Shown: positions 38,825 to 48,491, counted from the stretch's first letter. The stretch: DNA of 64,000 nucleotides from Christensenella sp. UBA7571 (GCA_002476605.1 DLLD01000015.1:9694-73693); one strand, 5' to 3'. A program made the numbers and translations. Notes: a model not told the origin generated them from the letters alone.

Positions 38825-40108
38825 TTATTTGGTGATTTTTTCCATACCGCCCATATACTTGCGAAGCACTTCGGGGATAGTTACGCTACCGTCGGCGTTT
38901 TGGAATTGCTCGACGATTGCGGGGATAAGGCGGGACGTTGCAAGACCGCTGCCGTTGAGCGTATGCACGTATTGGGGTTTGCCGGTCTTGGAGTCGCGAT
39001 AACGCGTGTTGTTGCGACGCGCTTGATAATCGTTGGCGTTGGATACGGAAGAACATTCCTTATAAATGCCCATAGACGGAATCCAAAGCTCGACATCGTA
39101 CGTTCTTGCCATAGACGCGGAGCAATCTCCCGCGGCAAGCTTGCTGACTCTGAAATGCAAGCCGAGTTGCTCGACGAGACGAGACGCCTTTTCTACGAGC
39201 TCCTCAAACGCTTCTTTGCTGTGTTCGGGGTGAGCGTATTGCACCATTTCGATTTTGTTGAATTGGTGACCTCTTATCATACCTCTCTCTTCCGCTCTTG
39301 CGCTGCCCGCTTCTTTTCTGAAACAAGGAGAATATGCAAAGAACTTCATTGGGAGCTTGCTTTCGTCGATGATTTCACCCGCGTACATATTGACGAGCGC
39401 GGTCTCCGCGGTGGGAAGCATAAAGCGGTTGCGCTTTCTGTCCTCGTCGCAATCGAGCCAATACACTTCGTCGCTGAATTTGGGGAATTGACCCGCGCCG
39501 AAACCGCAATTGTAGCCGAGTTGGTAAGGCGGAAGGATAAATTCGTAACCGTCTTTGAGGTGTTCGTCCACGAAGTAGTTGAGCAACGCCCATTCCAAGC
39601 GTGCACCAACGCCTCTGTAAATCCAAAAACCGTTACCCGAGAGTTTTACGCCTCTTTCATAGTCAATCATACCGAGGTCGGTGCAGATATCCACGTGGTT
39701 TTTGAGCGGGAAATCGAATTTGGGTTGTTCACCAACGATTTTGATAACCTTGTTGTTTTCCTTTTCACCGGGGAGCAAGTCTTCGTCGGGAATATTGGGC
39801 ATACAAGCAAGCGTATCGTTGATTTTGGCGATGAGCTCGTTGATTTTGGCGTCACCCGCGGCAATCTCGTCACCGAGTTTTCTCATCTCGTCAAAGATAG
39901 GCTCGACGGGTTGTCCCGCTTTTTTGAGAACGGGGATTTGTGCGGAGACTTTGTTCTTTTGCGCTTTGAGTTGCTCGATTTGCGTGATGGTGGCTTTTCT
40001 TTCGTCGTCCCACTTGATCACGTCGGTAAAGTCCGCTTTATATCCTTTTTTTGCAAGAGCGTCAACGACTTCTTGCGGGTTGTTTCTGATTCTGATAAGG
40101 TCTAACAT
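38825..40108 (-). CDS. serS: Seryl-tRNA synthetase
   Basis: N-terminal coiled coil MLDLIRIRNNPQEVVDALAKKG, FSPCFRKEAGSARAEERGMIRGHQFNKIEMV, GSGLATSRLIPAIVE. Confidence 0.96.
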   Translation of the reverse strand: MLDLIRIRNNPQEVVDALAKKGYKADFTDVIKWDDERKATITQIEQLKAQKNKVSAQIPVLKKAGQPVEPIFDEMRKLGDEIAAGDAKINELIAKINDTLACMPNIPDEDLLPGEKENNKVIKIVGEQPKFDFPLKNHVDICTDLGMIDYERGVKLSGNGFWIYRGVGARLEWALLNYFVDEHLKDGYEFILPPYQLGYNCGFGAGQFPKFSDEVYWLDCDEDRKRNRFMLPTAETALVNMYAGEIIDESKLPMKFFAYSPCFRKEAGSARAEERGMIRGHQFNKIEMVQYAHPEHSKEAFEELVEKASRLVEQLGLHFRVSKLAAGDCSASMARTYDVELWIPSMGIYKECSSVSNANDYQARRNNTRYRDSKTGKPQYVHTLNGSGLATSRLIPAIVEQFQNADGSVTIPEVLRKYMGGMEKITK

Positions 40109-40153
40109 ATATCCCTCTATTGATTTTATTGTCTATTTTTGTGCGCTATGCGC

Positions 40154-42574
40154 TTATGCTATGATGTTTACGAGTCTTCCCGGCACGACGATAACTTTCT
40201 TGGGTGCGCCGTTAAGTTGGTCTTTTACCGCTTCGAGAGCCGCTTTTTCCACTTCTTCCTTGCTTGCACTGCTTGCAACGGTCACTCTACCGCGAAGTTT
40301 GGAGTTGATTTGCACGGCAAGTTCCACCTCGTCGAGCACCATTGCGGACGGATCGAATTTGGGATACGGTTGATTGAACACGCTATACTCTTGTCCGAGC
40401 ATTTCCCAAAGTTCCTCTGCAAAGTGCGGAGCGAACGGAGCGAGCAACAACACGAGGTCTTTTGCGCAGTCCTTGTAGAAAGCGTTCTTCTTGTCAACCG
40501 CGCTCTCGTACGCGTAGATTGCGTTGACGAATTCCATAAGACGAGCAACCGCCGTGTTGAATGAGAATATACCGAGGTCGTTGGTCACGCACTTGATGGT
40601 GTTGTGACGCACGCGATTGAGTTCCTTTTCCGCCTTGCCGAGCGGTTTTTCCTCGAAGTTGACTTCGTAGCACTTCTTGACGATGCGTTCCACTCTGTCG
40701 AAGAAACGATTGATGGAATCGAGACCGTTCTCGTTCCAAGGACCGCCCTCGATATAGTTGAAGCCGAACATAAGGTATACTCTGAATATATCCGCGCCGA
40801 ATTTGGAAATGCTGTCGTCGGGAGATACCACGTTACCGCGAGACTTGGACATCTTGTTGCCGTCCGGTCCTAAAATAGTGCCTTGGTGCACGAGCGACAA
40901 GAACGGTTCGTCAAAGTTGAGATAGCCCATATCTCTCAACGCCTTGGTGAAGAAGCGCGCGTAGAGGAGGTGCATACAAGCGTGTTCCGCACCGCCGATA
41001 TATTTGTCTACGGGGAGCATCTTGTTTATCCACTCGCTGTCGAACGGCTTGTCCGCGTTGTGCGCGTCGGGGTATCTCAAAAAATACCAACTTGAACACA
41101 CGAACGTATCGAGCGTGTCCGCGTCACGTTTTGCGGGGCGTCCGCAAACGGGGCATACGGTGTCCTCGAATTCTTTGCACTTTTTGAGCGGAGATTCTCC
41201 GTCGGGAGTAAAGTTGACGTTGTGCGGAAGAAGTACGGGCAAATCCTTTTCGGGAACGGGCACGTCACCGCAGTGTTCGCAGTGGATAATGGGGATAGGC
41301 GCACCCCAATAACGTTGACGGCTTACGAGCCAGTCGCGCAAACGATAGTTGGTTTTGAGACCGCCCTTGCCCATACTTTCGAGCTTTTTGAGAATTGCAA
41401 GCTTGCCTTCTTCGCTGGTCATACCGTCAAATTCACCGCTGTTGCAGAGAATTCCGTATTCGCAGAACGGCAAATCGTCATTTTGTCCGTCCTTGCCTTT
41501 TATGACTCTCTCAACGGGCAAACCGAGTTTTTGAGCAAACACGAAGTCACGCTCGTCGTGAGCCGCAACACCCATAACCGCGCCCGTGCCGTAGCTTGCG
41601 ATGACGTAGTCCGCAACCAAAATGGGCACTTCTCTGCCGTTGATGGGGTTGATTGCGTAAGAGCCGGTGAGCACGCCCGTCTTTTCTCTGGTCGAGGACA
41701 AACGGTCGATTTCGGTTGCCTTTGCGCTCTTTTCCTTGTACGCTTCAACCGCTTCTTTTTGCTCGGGGGTTACCACGAGGTCAACGAGCGGACTTTCGGG
41801 AGCGAGAACGACATAGCTTACGCCGAATATCGTATCGGCTCTCGTCGTAAACACCTTGAAAGTGACATCTTTGCCTTTGACCGCAAACTCGATTTCTCCG
41901 CCGTAACTTCTGCCGATCCAGTTCTTTTGCATAAGTTTGGTCTTTTCCGGCCAATCGAGCTTGTCAAGACCTTCGAGCAATTCGTCCGCGTAAGCGGTTA
42001 TCTTGAAAAACCATTGATTGAGATTTTTGTGAGTGACTTGACTTCCGCATCTTTCGCAAATACCGCCTTGCGCTTGTTCGTTGGCAAGCACGGTGTTGCA
42101 AGAGGGACACCAGTTGACGGGCGCTTCCTTGCGGTATGCCAAGCCCTTTTTGTAGAGTTGCAAAAACATCCATTGCGTCCACTTGTAGTAATCGGGCATA
42201 CAAGTCTTGATCTCGTAGTCCCAATCGTACATCGCGCCGATGCGTTTGAGTTGGTTCTCCATCGTTTCGATGTTTTTGAGAGTGCTTTCTTGGGGGTGAA
42301 TACCCGTCTTTATGGCGTAGTTTTCCGCGGGCAAACCGAACGCGTCGAAGCCCATCGGCTGGAACACTTCGTAACCTTGCATTCTCTTAAAGCGCGCAAA
42401 CGTGTCGGCAGGTCCGTAATTGTACCAGTGTCCTGCGTGAAGTTTTGCGCCCGAGGGATAAGAAAACATTTCGAGACAATAATATTTTTTGTCGACTTTT
42501 GAGCGGTCGAATTTATAAAGACCGGTTTCCGCCCATTTCTTTTGCCACTTTGCTTCAATTTGCTTATAGTCCAT
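40154..42574 (-). CDS. leuS: Leucyl-tRNA synthetase
   Basis: [29 protein letters not shown] and editing domains, [10 protein letters not shown]. Confidence 0.96.
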   Translation of the reverse strand: MDYKQIEAKWQKKWAETGLYKFDRSKVDKKYYCLEMFSYPSGAKLHAGHWYNYGPADTFARFKRMQGYEVFQPMGFDAFGLPAENYAIKTGIHPQESTLKNIETMENQLKRIGAMYDWDYEIKTCMPDYYKWTQWMFLQLYKKGLAYRKEAPVNWCPSCNTVLANEQAQGGICERCGSQVTHKNLNQWFFKITAYADELLEGLDKLDWPEKTKLMQKNWIGRSYGGEIEFAVKGKDVTFKVFTTRADTIFGVSYVVLAPESPLVDLVVTPEQKEAVEAYKEKSAKATEIDRLSSTREKTGVLTGSYAINPINGREVPILVADYVIASYGTGAVMGVAAHDERDFVFAQKLGLPVERVIKGKDGQNDDLPFCEYGILCNSGEFDGMTSEEGKLAILKKLESMGKGGLKTNYRLRDWLVSRQRYWGAPIPIIHCEHCGDVPVPEKDLPVLLPHNVNFTPDGESPLKKCKEFEDTVCPVCGRPAKRDADTLDTFVCSSWYFLRYPDAHNADKPFDSEWINKMLPVDKYIGGAEHACMHLLYARFFTKALRDMGYLNFDEPFLSLVHQGTILGPDGNKMSKSRGNVVSPDDSISKFGADIFRVYLMFGFNYIEGGPWNENGLDSINRFFDRVERIVKKCYEVNFEEKPLGKAEKELNRVRHNTIKCVTNDLGIFSFNTAVARLMEFVNAIYAYESAVDKKNAFYKDCAKDLVLLLAPFAPHFAEELWEMLGQEYSVFNQPYPKFDPSAMVLDEVELAVQINSKLRGRVTVASSASKEEVEKAALEAVKDQLNGAPKKVIVVPGRLVNIIA

Positions 42575-42674
42575 AAACTTTAAGCACTCCTATACTCTTA
42601 AAAATAATAATATTTAGTTTAATACCTAAATAGCGTCGTTGTCAAGTGGTAAGAGAAAGCGCATATTTGCTACT

Positions 42675-42960
42675 TCGTAACTCCTCAAATGCAATGCCCC
42701 CTCTTTCCGGACACGCCGGCATTTCTCCCGCCACTCGTATAAGGGTATTTCTCTACAATATTATCCGTCGCTCGCGGGGGAGACAATCGGCACTCACATA
42801 AAAAAGTATCGTCCCCTTGTTATATCACTCGTTCGCCAACGAAAAGAACAACACTCGTTGGCTCACTTGTACTATCCGTCAAGTTCGGCGCTCCACCGCT
42901 CACCGCCTTGCGGTTCGAGTTCTGTCTCCGAAATTGCGCATAGCGTTTATAAGCGCAGTA
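42675..42960 (+). repeat. Dispersed repeat R1, copy 2
   Basis: TCGTAACTCCTCAAATGCAATGCCCCCTCTTTCCGGACACGCCGGCATTTC...; long near-identities to 10390-10745 and 51434-51960. Confidence 0.75.
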
Positions 42961-43017
42961 TTGATTTTAGCCAGCAAAAGTGTTAAAATAAATTTTAGTA
43001 AAATATAGGGGTATGTT

Positions 43018-44472
43018 ATGAAAAAAGTTGTTACTGCGCTTATTACGCTATTGCTTATATGTTGCGCCGTTATATTCTGTGCGTGCAACGATAGGGGTAC
43101 ACCGAAAGGCGCAACCACCGACGGCTACGTGCAGACGCAAGGCGTCAAAATCGTGGACGGAGAAGGCAACGCAATAGGTCTTTACGGCACTAATCTCGGC
43201 GGTTGGCTCGTGCAAGAGAGTTGGCTCGTCCCCACCGATATCGGCGGTGAGTACGGACAAATCGATATGATGCTCTCGCTTGCAAACAGATTCGGGCTTG
43301 ACGGAATGAACCGACTTCTCAACGTATATATGGACAATTGGCTTACGGAAGCGGACTTTGCAAATATCGCAAATCTCGGTTTCAACTGCGTGCGTATCCC
43401 CTTCACCTATCTCAACCTCACCAACGCCGTAACGCTCGATGAAACGACGGGCACGTACGTGCGCACTCCGTTTGAGGATTTGCAAATTCAAGAAAGCGGA
43501 TTTGCTCGTCTCGATTGGGCACTTTCTATGTGCGAAAAATACGGACTTTACGCCATACTCGATATGCACGGTGCGGTGGGCTCTCAAAGCGGAAACGACC
43601 ACACGGGCGACATTGCCTACCCGAATAGCGGACTTTTGTGGAAAGACGACGAAACGGGCACAATTTGCCGTCAAAAAACCAAAGAAATTTGGGTTGCGAT
43701 TGCGCAAAGATACAAAAACAACAAGTCCGTTGCGATGTACGACCTCATCAACGAACCGGGCATCAAATACCCCATCGTGGGACAACTTACCGACTCGACC
43801 ACGGCGGAATATCACGACGAACTTTACAAAGCAATACGAAACGTTGACCCCGTGCACGTTATTTGTATGGAGTCCTGCTGGTCGGCAATCAATCTTCCAA
43901 ATCCGTCGGAATACGGCTGGACGAACGTCGTGTACGAATATCACCACTACAACTGGGCAAGCAGCGGTATTCCCAACGACGTATATTACTCGAGACTTAT
44001 CGACGACAACGCCGAATCGGGACACGGAGTGCCGATTTTGATTGGCGAATTTAACGTTTGGGGCGACGCTCACGACGACAAAATTAACAAATGGAACGGT
44101 TCTCGCACTTCCACTCAAACGGACGAGCAAGCGTGGGACGGCGCGATGGAACTTTATTGCGACCTCGGTTGGAACTTCACCACTTGGAATTTCAAGCACG
44201 CTGCCGAGCACTCCTCTTGGGGTATATTCAACTACGATAAAAACGTTGCCGACATCGATAAACAAGCCAACTATCTCACTATGACGGAAGAGGAAATCGC
44301 AACGATTTGGGCAAGACACAACTCACAAAATTACGTCGTAAACCAAACGCTCGTGGATTGCATAACTCCGCATATCGCGCACTTCAACGTCAACGGCAAC
44401 GACACGAGAAAAACCGACGAAATCACCAAGGACTATTATATTCTCCGTCAAAACTACGCTTGGGCAAATTAG
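43018..44472 (+). CDS. Glycoside hydrolase family 5-like (cellulase superfamily) lipoprotein
   Basis: Lipobox CCAVIFCAC; GTNLGGWLVQESW, GFNCVRIPFTY, YGLYAILDMHGAVGSQ, YDLINEPG, VLIGEFNV motifs. Confidence 0.85.
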   Translation: MKKVVTALITLLLICCAVIFCACNDRGTPKGATTDGYVQTQGVKIVDGEGNAIGLYGTNLGGWLVQESWLVPTDIGGEYGQIDMMLSLANRFGLDGMNRLLNVYMDNWLTEADFANIANLGFNCVRIPFTYLNLTNAVTLDETTGTYVRTPFEDLQIQESGFARLDWALSMCEKYGLYAILDMHGAVGSQSGNDHTGDIAYPNSGLLWKDDETGTICRQKTKEIWVAIAQRYKNNKSVAMYDLINEPGIKYPIVGQLTDSTTAEYHDELYKAIRNVDPVHVICMESCWSAINLPNPSEYGWTNVVYEYHHYNWASSGIPNDVYYSRLIDDNAESGHGVPILIGEFNVWGDAHDDKINKWNGSRTSTQTDEQAWDGAMELYCDLGWNFTTWNFKHAAEHSSWGIFNYDKNVADIDKQANYLTMTEEEIATIWARHNSQNYVVNQTLVDCITPHIAHFNVNGNDTRKTDEITKDYYILRQNYAWAN

Positions 44473-44553
44473 TGCAACGGCAAAAAACCGTTAAGTGTGG
44501 ACACAAGGCTTGCTTTGTGATACAATAATTCAATCAAAATACATAGAGGCGTT

Positions 44554-45165
44554 ATGTTTGTTTCATTTGAAGGTTGCGAAGGTGTAGGAAAATCCACGCA
44601 ACTCAAACTTCTCAAAAACTATCTCGACTCCACTTCCCAACAAGCGGTCTACGTTCGCGAGCCGGGAAGCACGGACATCAGCGAACAAATCCGCAAGGTC
44701 ATACTCAATCCGCAAAACACCGCGATGACTGACGTAACCGAGGCGTATCTTTACGCGTCCAGCCGTGCGCAACTCGTGCGCGAAGTCATCAAGCCGGCAC
44801 TTGCCGAGGGCAAGCTCGTAATATGCGACAGATACGTGGACAGTTCGGTTGCCTACCAAGGCTACGGAAGAGGTATGGGTGCGGACAAAATTTGGCAAAT
44901 TAACGCCAATGCAATCGACGGTTGTTTGCCCGACGTGACGATTTTCCTCGACTTGAAACCCAGCGAATCTTGGCGCACTTTCAGAATGCCCGACGACAGA
45001 TTGGAGCAAGAATCCAACGAGTTTTTCGACAGAGTATATGAGGGCTTTGACACCGAAATCAAGCGTTCAAACGGTCGTTTCGTACGCATAAAACCCGATT
45101 TTGATAAAAACGTGACTTCTCAAAAGATAATTCAAGCTTTGAGAGAAAGAGGTGCTATAAAGTGA
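44554..45165 (+). CDS. tmk: Thymidylate kinase
   Basis: FEGCEGVGKSTQLKLL, REPGSTDISEQIR, DRYVDSSVAYQGYGRG. Confidence 0.95.
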   Translation: MFVSFEGCEGVGKSTQLKLLKNYLDSTSQQAVYVREPGSTDISEQIRKVILNPQNTAMTDVTEAYLYASSRAQLVREVIKPALAEGKLVICDRYVDSSVAYQGYGRGMGADKIWQINANAIDGCLPDVTIFLDLKPSESWRTFRMPDDRLEQESNEFFDRVYEGFDTEIKRSNGRFVRIKPDFDKNVTSQKIIQALRERGAIK

Positions 45166-46136
45166 ACGAAATCACCTTTGAAAAATCTTTGCGCGCGTCA
45201 AAAGCGTTTTCGCTGATAAGCAGTGATTTGAAGACGGGGCTAGGCCACGCCTATATGATCGTGTCTCCCGACGACGAAATCGTGGACGAACTTTTTATGC
45301 TTACGGCAGCGAGCGTGTATTGCGTATCGCACGACGCTTGTCTCGATTGCGCGGAATGCAAAAAGGTGCTTCACAACAACCACCCCGACATATTCCACCT
45401 CTACCCCGTCAAGGACAAAATCAAGGTTGAGGACATCGAAGGACTTTTGGACACGGTCTCGGTCAAGTCGCTTTCGGGACGCAAACTTTATTTTATCCAC
45501 AGAGCGGATTTGATGAACGTGCAAGCGCAAAACAAGCTTCTCAAAACGCTTGAAGAACCGCCGTCGGACGTGACGATTTTCCTCGGCGTTGCCAACGAAG
45601 CGGGTATGCTCGACACCATCAAGTCGCGCACGAGAGAGATATACGTCGACATATTTGACGAGGACGTCGTATACGATGCAATGCTCGCACTCGGTCTCGA
45701 CAAGGAGATGAGCGCGATTGCCGCCACTTGCAGTGAGGGACAATTGGGCAAAGCGCGCAAAATCGCAACTTCCCCAAAGTACGCCGATTTATACAAGAGT
45801 GCGCTCTACGTCCTCAACAATCTTGCACGAAGCAACGACGTCGTAAAGGTGGACGGAATTATCGCAACGCAAGAGGATATCCAAGGATTTTTGGACGTTC
45901 TCTCCATTATTTTGCGAGATATGCTCGTAAGCAAACAAAACGAAAAAATGATGTTGTCCAAACACGTCAGCGAGGACATAATAAATTTGAGCGGTCGATA
46001 CAGCGAGCGCGCCGTTGCCGAGATTATCCTCAAAATCAACGCCGTGCGCAAAAAACTCGCGCTCAACGTCAGCACAATCGCGACGATTGACGACTTGCTC
46101 TTCTCTATATTGGAGGTTAGACACAAATGGCAGTAA
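45162..46136 (+). CDS. holB: DNA polymerase III delta' subunit-like
   Basis: GHAYMIVSP, CLDCAECKKVLHNNHPDIFHL (zinc site), AQNKLLKTLEEPPSDVTIFLG; tmk-holB-ricT order. Confidence 0.85.
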   Translation: MNEITFEKSLRASKAFSLISSDLKTGLGHAYMIVSPDDEIVDELFMLTAASVYCVSHDACLDCAECKKVLHNNHPDIFHLYPVKDKIKVEDIEGLLDTVSVKSLSGRKLYFIHRADLMNVQAQNKLLKTLEEPPSDVTIFLGVANEAGMLDTIKSRTREIYVDIFDEDVVYDAMLALGLDKEMSAIAATCSEGQLGKARKIATSPKYADLYKSALYVLNNLARSNDVVKVDGIIATQEDIQGFLDVLSIILRDMLVSKQNEKMMLSKHVSEDIINLSGRYSERAVAEIILKINAVRKKLALNVSTIATIDDLLFSILEVRHKWQ

Positions 46137-46984
46137 TTGTCGGAATAAAATTCAAAAACACCAACAAGGTGTACTACTTCGATCCAAAAGGTATCGAATT
46201 TAACGAAGGCGACGGCGTCATCGTGGAGACGGCGCGCGGTTTGGAATACGCCACTTGCACCATACCCAACAAGGACGTCGACGATAAAGAAATCGTGCAA
46301 CCATTGAAGCCCGTCGTGCGCAAAGCCACCCCCGAAGACGTCAAAAAGGTGGAAAAAAACAGACAAGACAAGGAGCACGCCCTCAAAGTCATTCGCGAAA
46401 AAGTGGCGGAAATGAACGTCGATATGAAGCTCGTCGACGCCGAATACACCTTTGACCGCTCCAAGCTCATCTTCTACTTCACCGCAGAAGGCAGAGTGGA
46501 TTTCAGAGAGCTCGTGCGCGTGCTTGCGTCAATATTCAAAGTGCGTATAGAACTCCGCCAAATTTACGAGCGCGACGACACCAAAATGCGCGGTGCACTT
46601 GCTCCTTGCGGACGTCCGTGTTGCTGCACCACCCACTTGCCCGACTTTGAAAAAGTGTCCATAAAAATGGCAAAAGTGCAAGGTTTGAGCCTCAATCCGC
46701 AAAAAATCAGCGGTGTTTGCGGTAGACTTATGTGCTGTTTGAAATACGAAAACGCCTATTACAGCGAAGTGTACAAACTTATGCCCAAAGTGGGTAGCAA
46801 AGTGCACACTCCCGACGGTGAAGGCACGGTTGAATCCAACGACCTCATCAAGCAAACCGCACGCGTAAAAGTTATGCTCAAAGACGGCAGTTTCGACGTC
46901 AAAACCTACGCCCTCGACGATATGAAGATCGGTGAACGCCAATCCACGGCGGAGATTGACGCAATGCCGGATAAAGAAGAGTAG
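46127..46984 (+). CDS. ricT: PSP1-domain regulatory iron-sulfur-containing complex subunit (YaaT)
   Basis: VVRKAT, RVELRQIYERDDTKMRGALAPCGRPCCCTTHLPDFEKVSIKMAKVQGLSLNPQKISGVCGRLMCCLKYE. Confidence 0.9.
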   Translation: MAVIVGIKFKNTNKVYYFDPKGIEFNEGDGVIVETARGLEYATCTIPNKDVDDKEIVQPLKPVVRKATPEDVKKVEKNRQDKEHALKVIREKVAEMNVDMKLVDAEYTFDRSKLIFYFTAEGRVDFRELVRVLASIFKVRIELRQIYERDDTKMRGALAPCGRPCCCTTHLPDFEKVSIKMAKVQGLSLNPQKISGVCGRLMCCLKYENAYYSEVYKLMPKVGSKVHTPDGEGTVESNDLIKQTARVKVMLKDGSFDVKTYALDDMKIGERQSTAEIDAMPDKEE

Positions 46985-46991
46985 CTTCGGT

Positions 46992-47018
46992 AGAGCCGTC
47001 CGATTTTCGGACGGCTCT
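46992..47018 (+). terminator. Terminator after ricT
   Basis: AGAGCCGTCCG-ATTTT-CGGACGGCTCT followed by TT. Confidence 0.8.
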
Positions 47019-47094
47019 TTCGACACCTATCTCGCACCGTTTTATAAAATATTTTTTATTAGATTATATCCGCATTACCCAAATTGTAATACGG

Positions 47095-47514
47095 CTATTT
47101 ATGTGCTTTTGCATATTTCAATGCATTGTAAGCACCGCCAAAATCACTCGTCACATACAACAAAACGTAATCTGCGTTTTTTATCATCCACTCGTTTCTC
47201 TTGGATATAGCAAACTTTAACGGTACGTTCTCAATCTCGGGATAAACAATCTCGTCATATTCTTCGTTTAGATAATCTTCCCTATTCTTTAACCATTTAT
47301 TTATATAAGGCGTCACGAAAATCAATCTCGTATCGGGGTGCGTTTCTTTATATTTTTTTGCACATTTTTTTACAAATCCGTCAAAATTCCCGTATCCGCC
47401 AAAATAAAAATTCAATCGTTCACCGTTTGAAATTTTTGATAATAAACTTAAAACTTTTTCTTCGTCCCCAAGGTTAGACATAAAGGAAGAGTGCCCAAAA
47501 ACTGTAATATTCAT
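47095..47514 (-). CDS. Small SLOG/DUF1273-like Rossmann-fold protein
   Basis: MNITVFGHSSF...LNFYFGGYGNFDGFVKKCAKKYKETHPDTRLIFVTPYI...KRNEWMIKNADYVLLYVTSDFGGAYNALKYA. Confidence 0.55.
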   Translation of the reverse strand: MNITVFGHSSFMSNLGDEEKVLSLLSKISNGERLNFYFGGYGNFDGFVKKCAKKYKETHPDTRLIFVTPYINKWLKNREDYLNEEYDEIVYPEIENVPLKFAISKRNEWMIKNADYVLLYVTSDFGGAYNALKYAKAHK

Positions 47515-47535
47515 TGCTAATATCCGCCCCGCTTA

Positions 47536-47655
47536 TGTAAGTATACTTTCTCAATTATAGCACTGAATGTTTATTCTAGTAAAGCGTATGTAAGTATACA
47601 TTCTTATTGTTAAAAATGCAAATACTATAATTGGTATGAAAGCATACTTTCATAC
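47536..47655. promoter_or_regulatory. Divergent promoter region with three related operator-like sites
   Basis: TGTAAGTATACTTTC (47536-47550), ATGTAAGTATACATTC (47588-47603), perfect palindrome GTATGAAAG-CATA-CTTTCATAC (47634-47655); TATAAT-like hexamers on both strands. Confidence 0.55.
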
Positions 47656-47673
47656 AAATTATCGAGGTGCGTT

Positions 47674-47916
47674 GTGACTGTAAATGATGCCGTGGCAAAA
47701 AGAATAATTGCTCTGTTGTCCGAAAAGAAGATGACGCAGTATCGTTTGGAGCAACTTTCGGGCATACAACACGGACATATGCAATGGATATTGAGTGGGA
47801 AAAGCAAAACCGTGACTTTATCCACCGTAATGATGATTGCACACGGTTTTGGAATGACCGTATTAGAATTTTTGGACGACGACCTCTTCAAATACGAGAA
47901 TTTAGAAGTAGAATAA
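47674..47916 (+). CDS. XRE/Cro family HTH regulator (GTG start)
   Basis: AVAKRIIALLSEKKMTQYRLEQLSGIQHGHMQWILSGKSKTVTLSTVMMIAHGFGMTVLEFLDDD. Confidence 0.88.
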   Translation: MTVNDAVAKRIIALLSEKKMTQYRLEQLSGIQHGHMQWILSGKSKTVTLSTVMMIAHGFGMTVLEFLDDDLFKYENLEVE

Positions 47917-47923
47917 CATAGAA

Positions 47924-47944
47924 ACCGAGAACTGTGTTCTCGGT
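47924..47944 (+). terminator. Terminator after the XRE gene
   Basis: ACCGAGAAC-TGT-GTTCTCGGT followed by CTTTTTTT. Confidence 0.85.
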
Positions 47945-47995
47945 CTTTTTTTCGGGTGTGGGTGTTCCACCCTCACCGTCATTCCCTCTATAAAA

Positions 47996-48055
47996 AATGC
48001 GATAAACAGATGAAGAACAAGAAAGGACTGTTCGCACGGCAACCCTAATTCCACT
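47996..48055 (+). repeat. Modular inverted-arm element, copy C (left half only)
   Basis: AATGCGATAAACAG-ATGAAGAACAAGAAA-GGACTGTTCGCACGGCAACCCTAATT with no matching right half. Confidence 0.6.
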
Positions 48056-48062
48056 TGTTAAA

Positions 48063-48232
48063 AACGCGATAAATCGATGCACAACGCGAAAGCACCCCGA
48101 GGAGCGCAAACCCAACGTACACGACGTACGTGATTTGCGAAACTCGGGGTGCTGTAAGGAACGCAGTGACGGAATAGCGATTGTTACGTTATGCGTCAAT
48201 CGCGTCCAAAGTTAGGCGCGATTTAGCGCGTT
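48063..48232 (+). repeat. Modular inverted-arm element, copy D (extra hairpin in right half)
   Basis: Outer AACGCGATAAATCG/CGATTTAGCGCGTT; inner AGCACCCCGAG (48091-48101)/CTCGGGGTGCT (48143-48153); core GCAAACCCAACGTACACGACGTACGTGATTTGC. Confidence 0.8.
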
Positions 48233-48239
48233 TGTAAAA

Positions 48240-48356
48240 CTTCGATATTTAGATGAAGAGCAAGGAAAAGCCCCTCGAATGACAACCCTAATTTACTAAT
48301 CGTAAATGAGTTGGCAGTCGAGGGGCTTTGACAAAGCTATTCGCTAAATAGCGAAG
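48240..48356 (+). repeat. Modular inverted-arm element, copy E (complete)
   Basis: Outer CTTCGATATTTAG/CTAAATAGCGAAG; 15-nt spacers; inner AAGCCCCTCGA (48268-48278)/TCGAGGGGCTT (48318-48328); core CAACCCTAATTTACTAATCGTAAATGAGTTG. Confidence 0.85.
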
Positions 48357-48359
48357 TTT

Positions 48360-48491
48360 TTACTTGCAGTCTTTGCAATCGGAAACGCCCTTTTTAGCGC
48401 GAGATTTCGTCGTTTTCTCTACTTTCGGTTCACCGCAATGGCAACCTTCGGATTTCTTGGTTTGTTTGACAGTTGAATTTGTTTTTGCCAT
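48360..48491 (-). CDS. 43-aa Cys-rich small protein (MAKTNSTVKQTKKSEGCHCGEPKVEKTTKSRAKKGVSDCKDCK), absent from the ORF track
   Basis: ATG at 48491 preceded by AAGGAG, stop TAA at 48360-48362; CxC and CxxC motifs. Confidence 0.5.
   Translation of the reverse strand: MAKTNSTVKQTKKSEGCHCGEPKVEKTTKSRAKKGVSDCKDCK

Noticed and set aside
38900-40105. 401-aa ORF antisense to serS
   Set aside because: Shadow ORF on serS
41222-42502. 426-aa ORF antisense to leuS
   Set aside because: Shadow ORF on leuS; no RBS or recognisable domain
40109-42700. Possible T-box leaders upstream of serS and leuS (also glnS and gltX)
   Set aside because: Upstream gaps are too short or lack a recognisable T-box sequence or terminator/antiterminator pair
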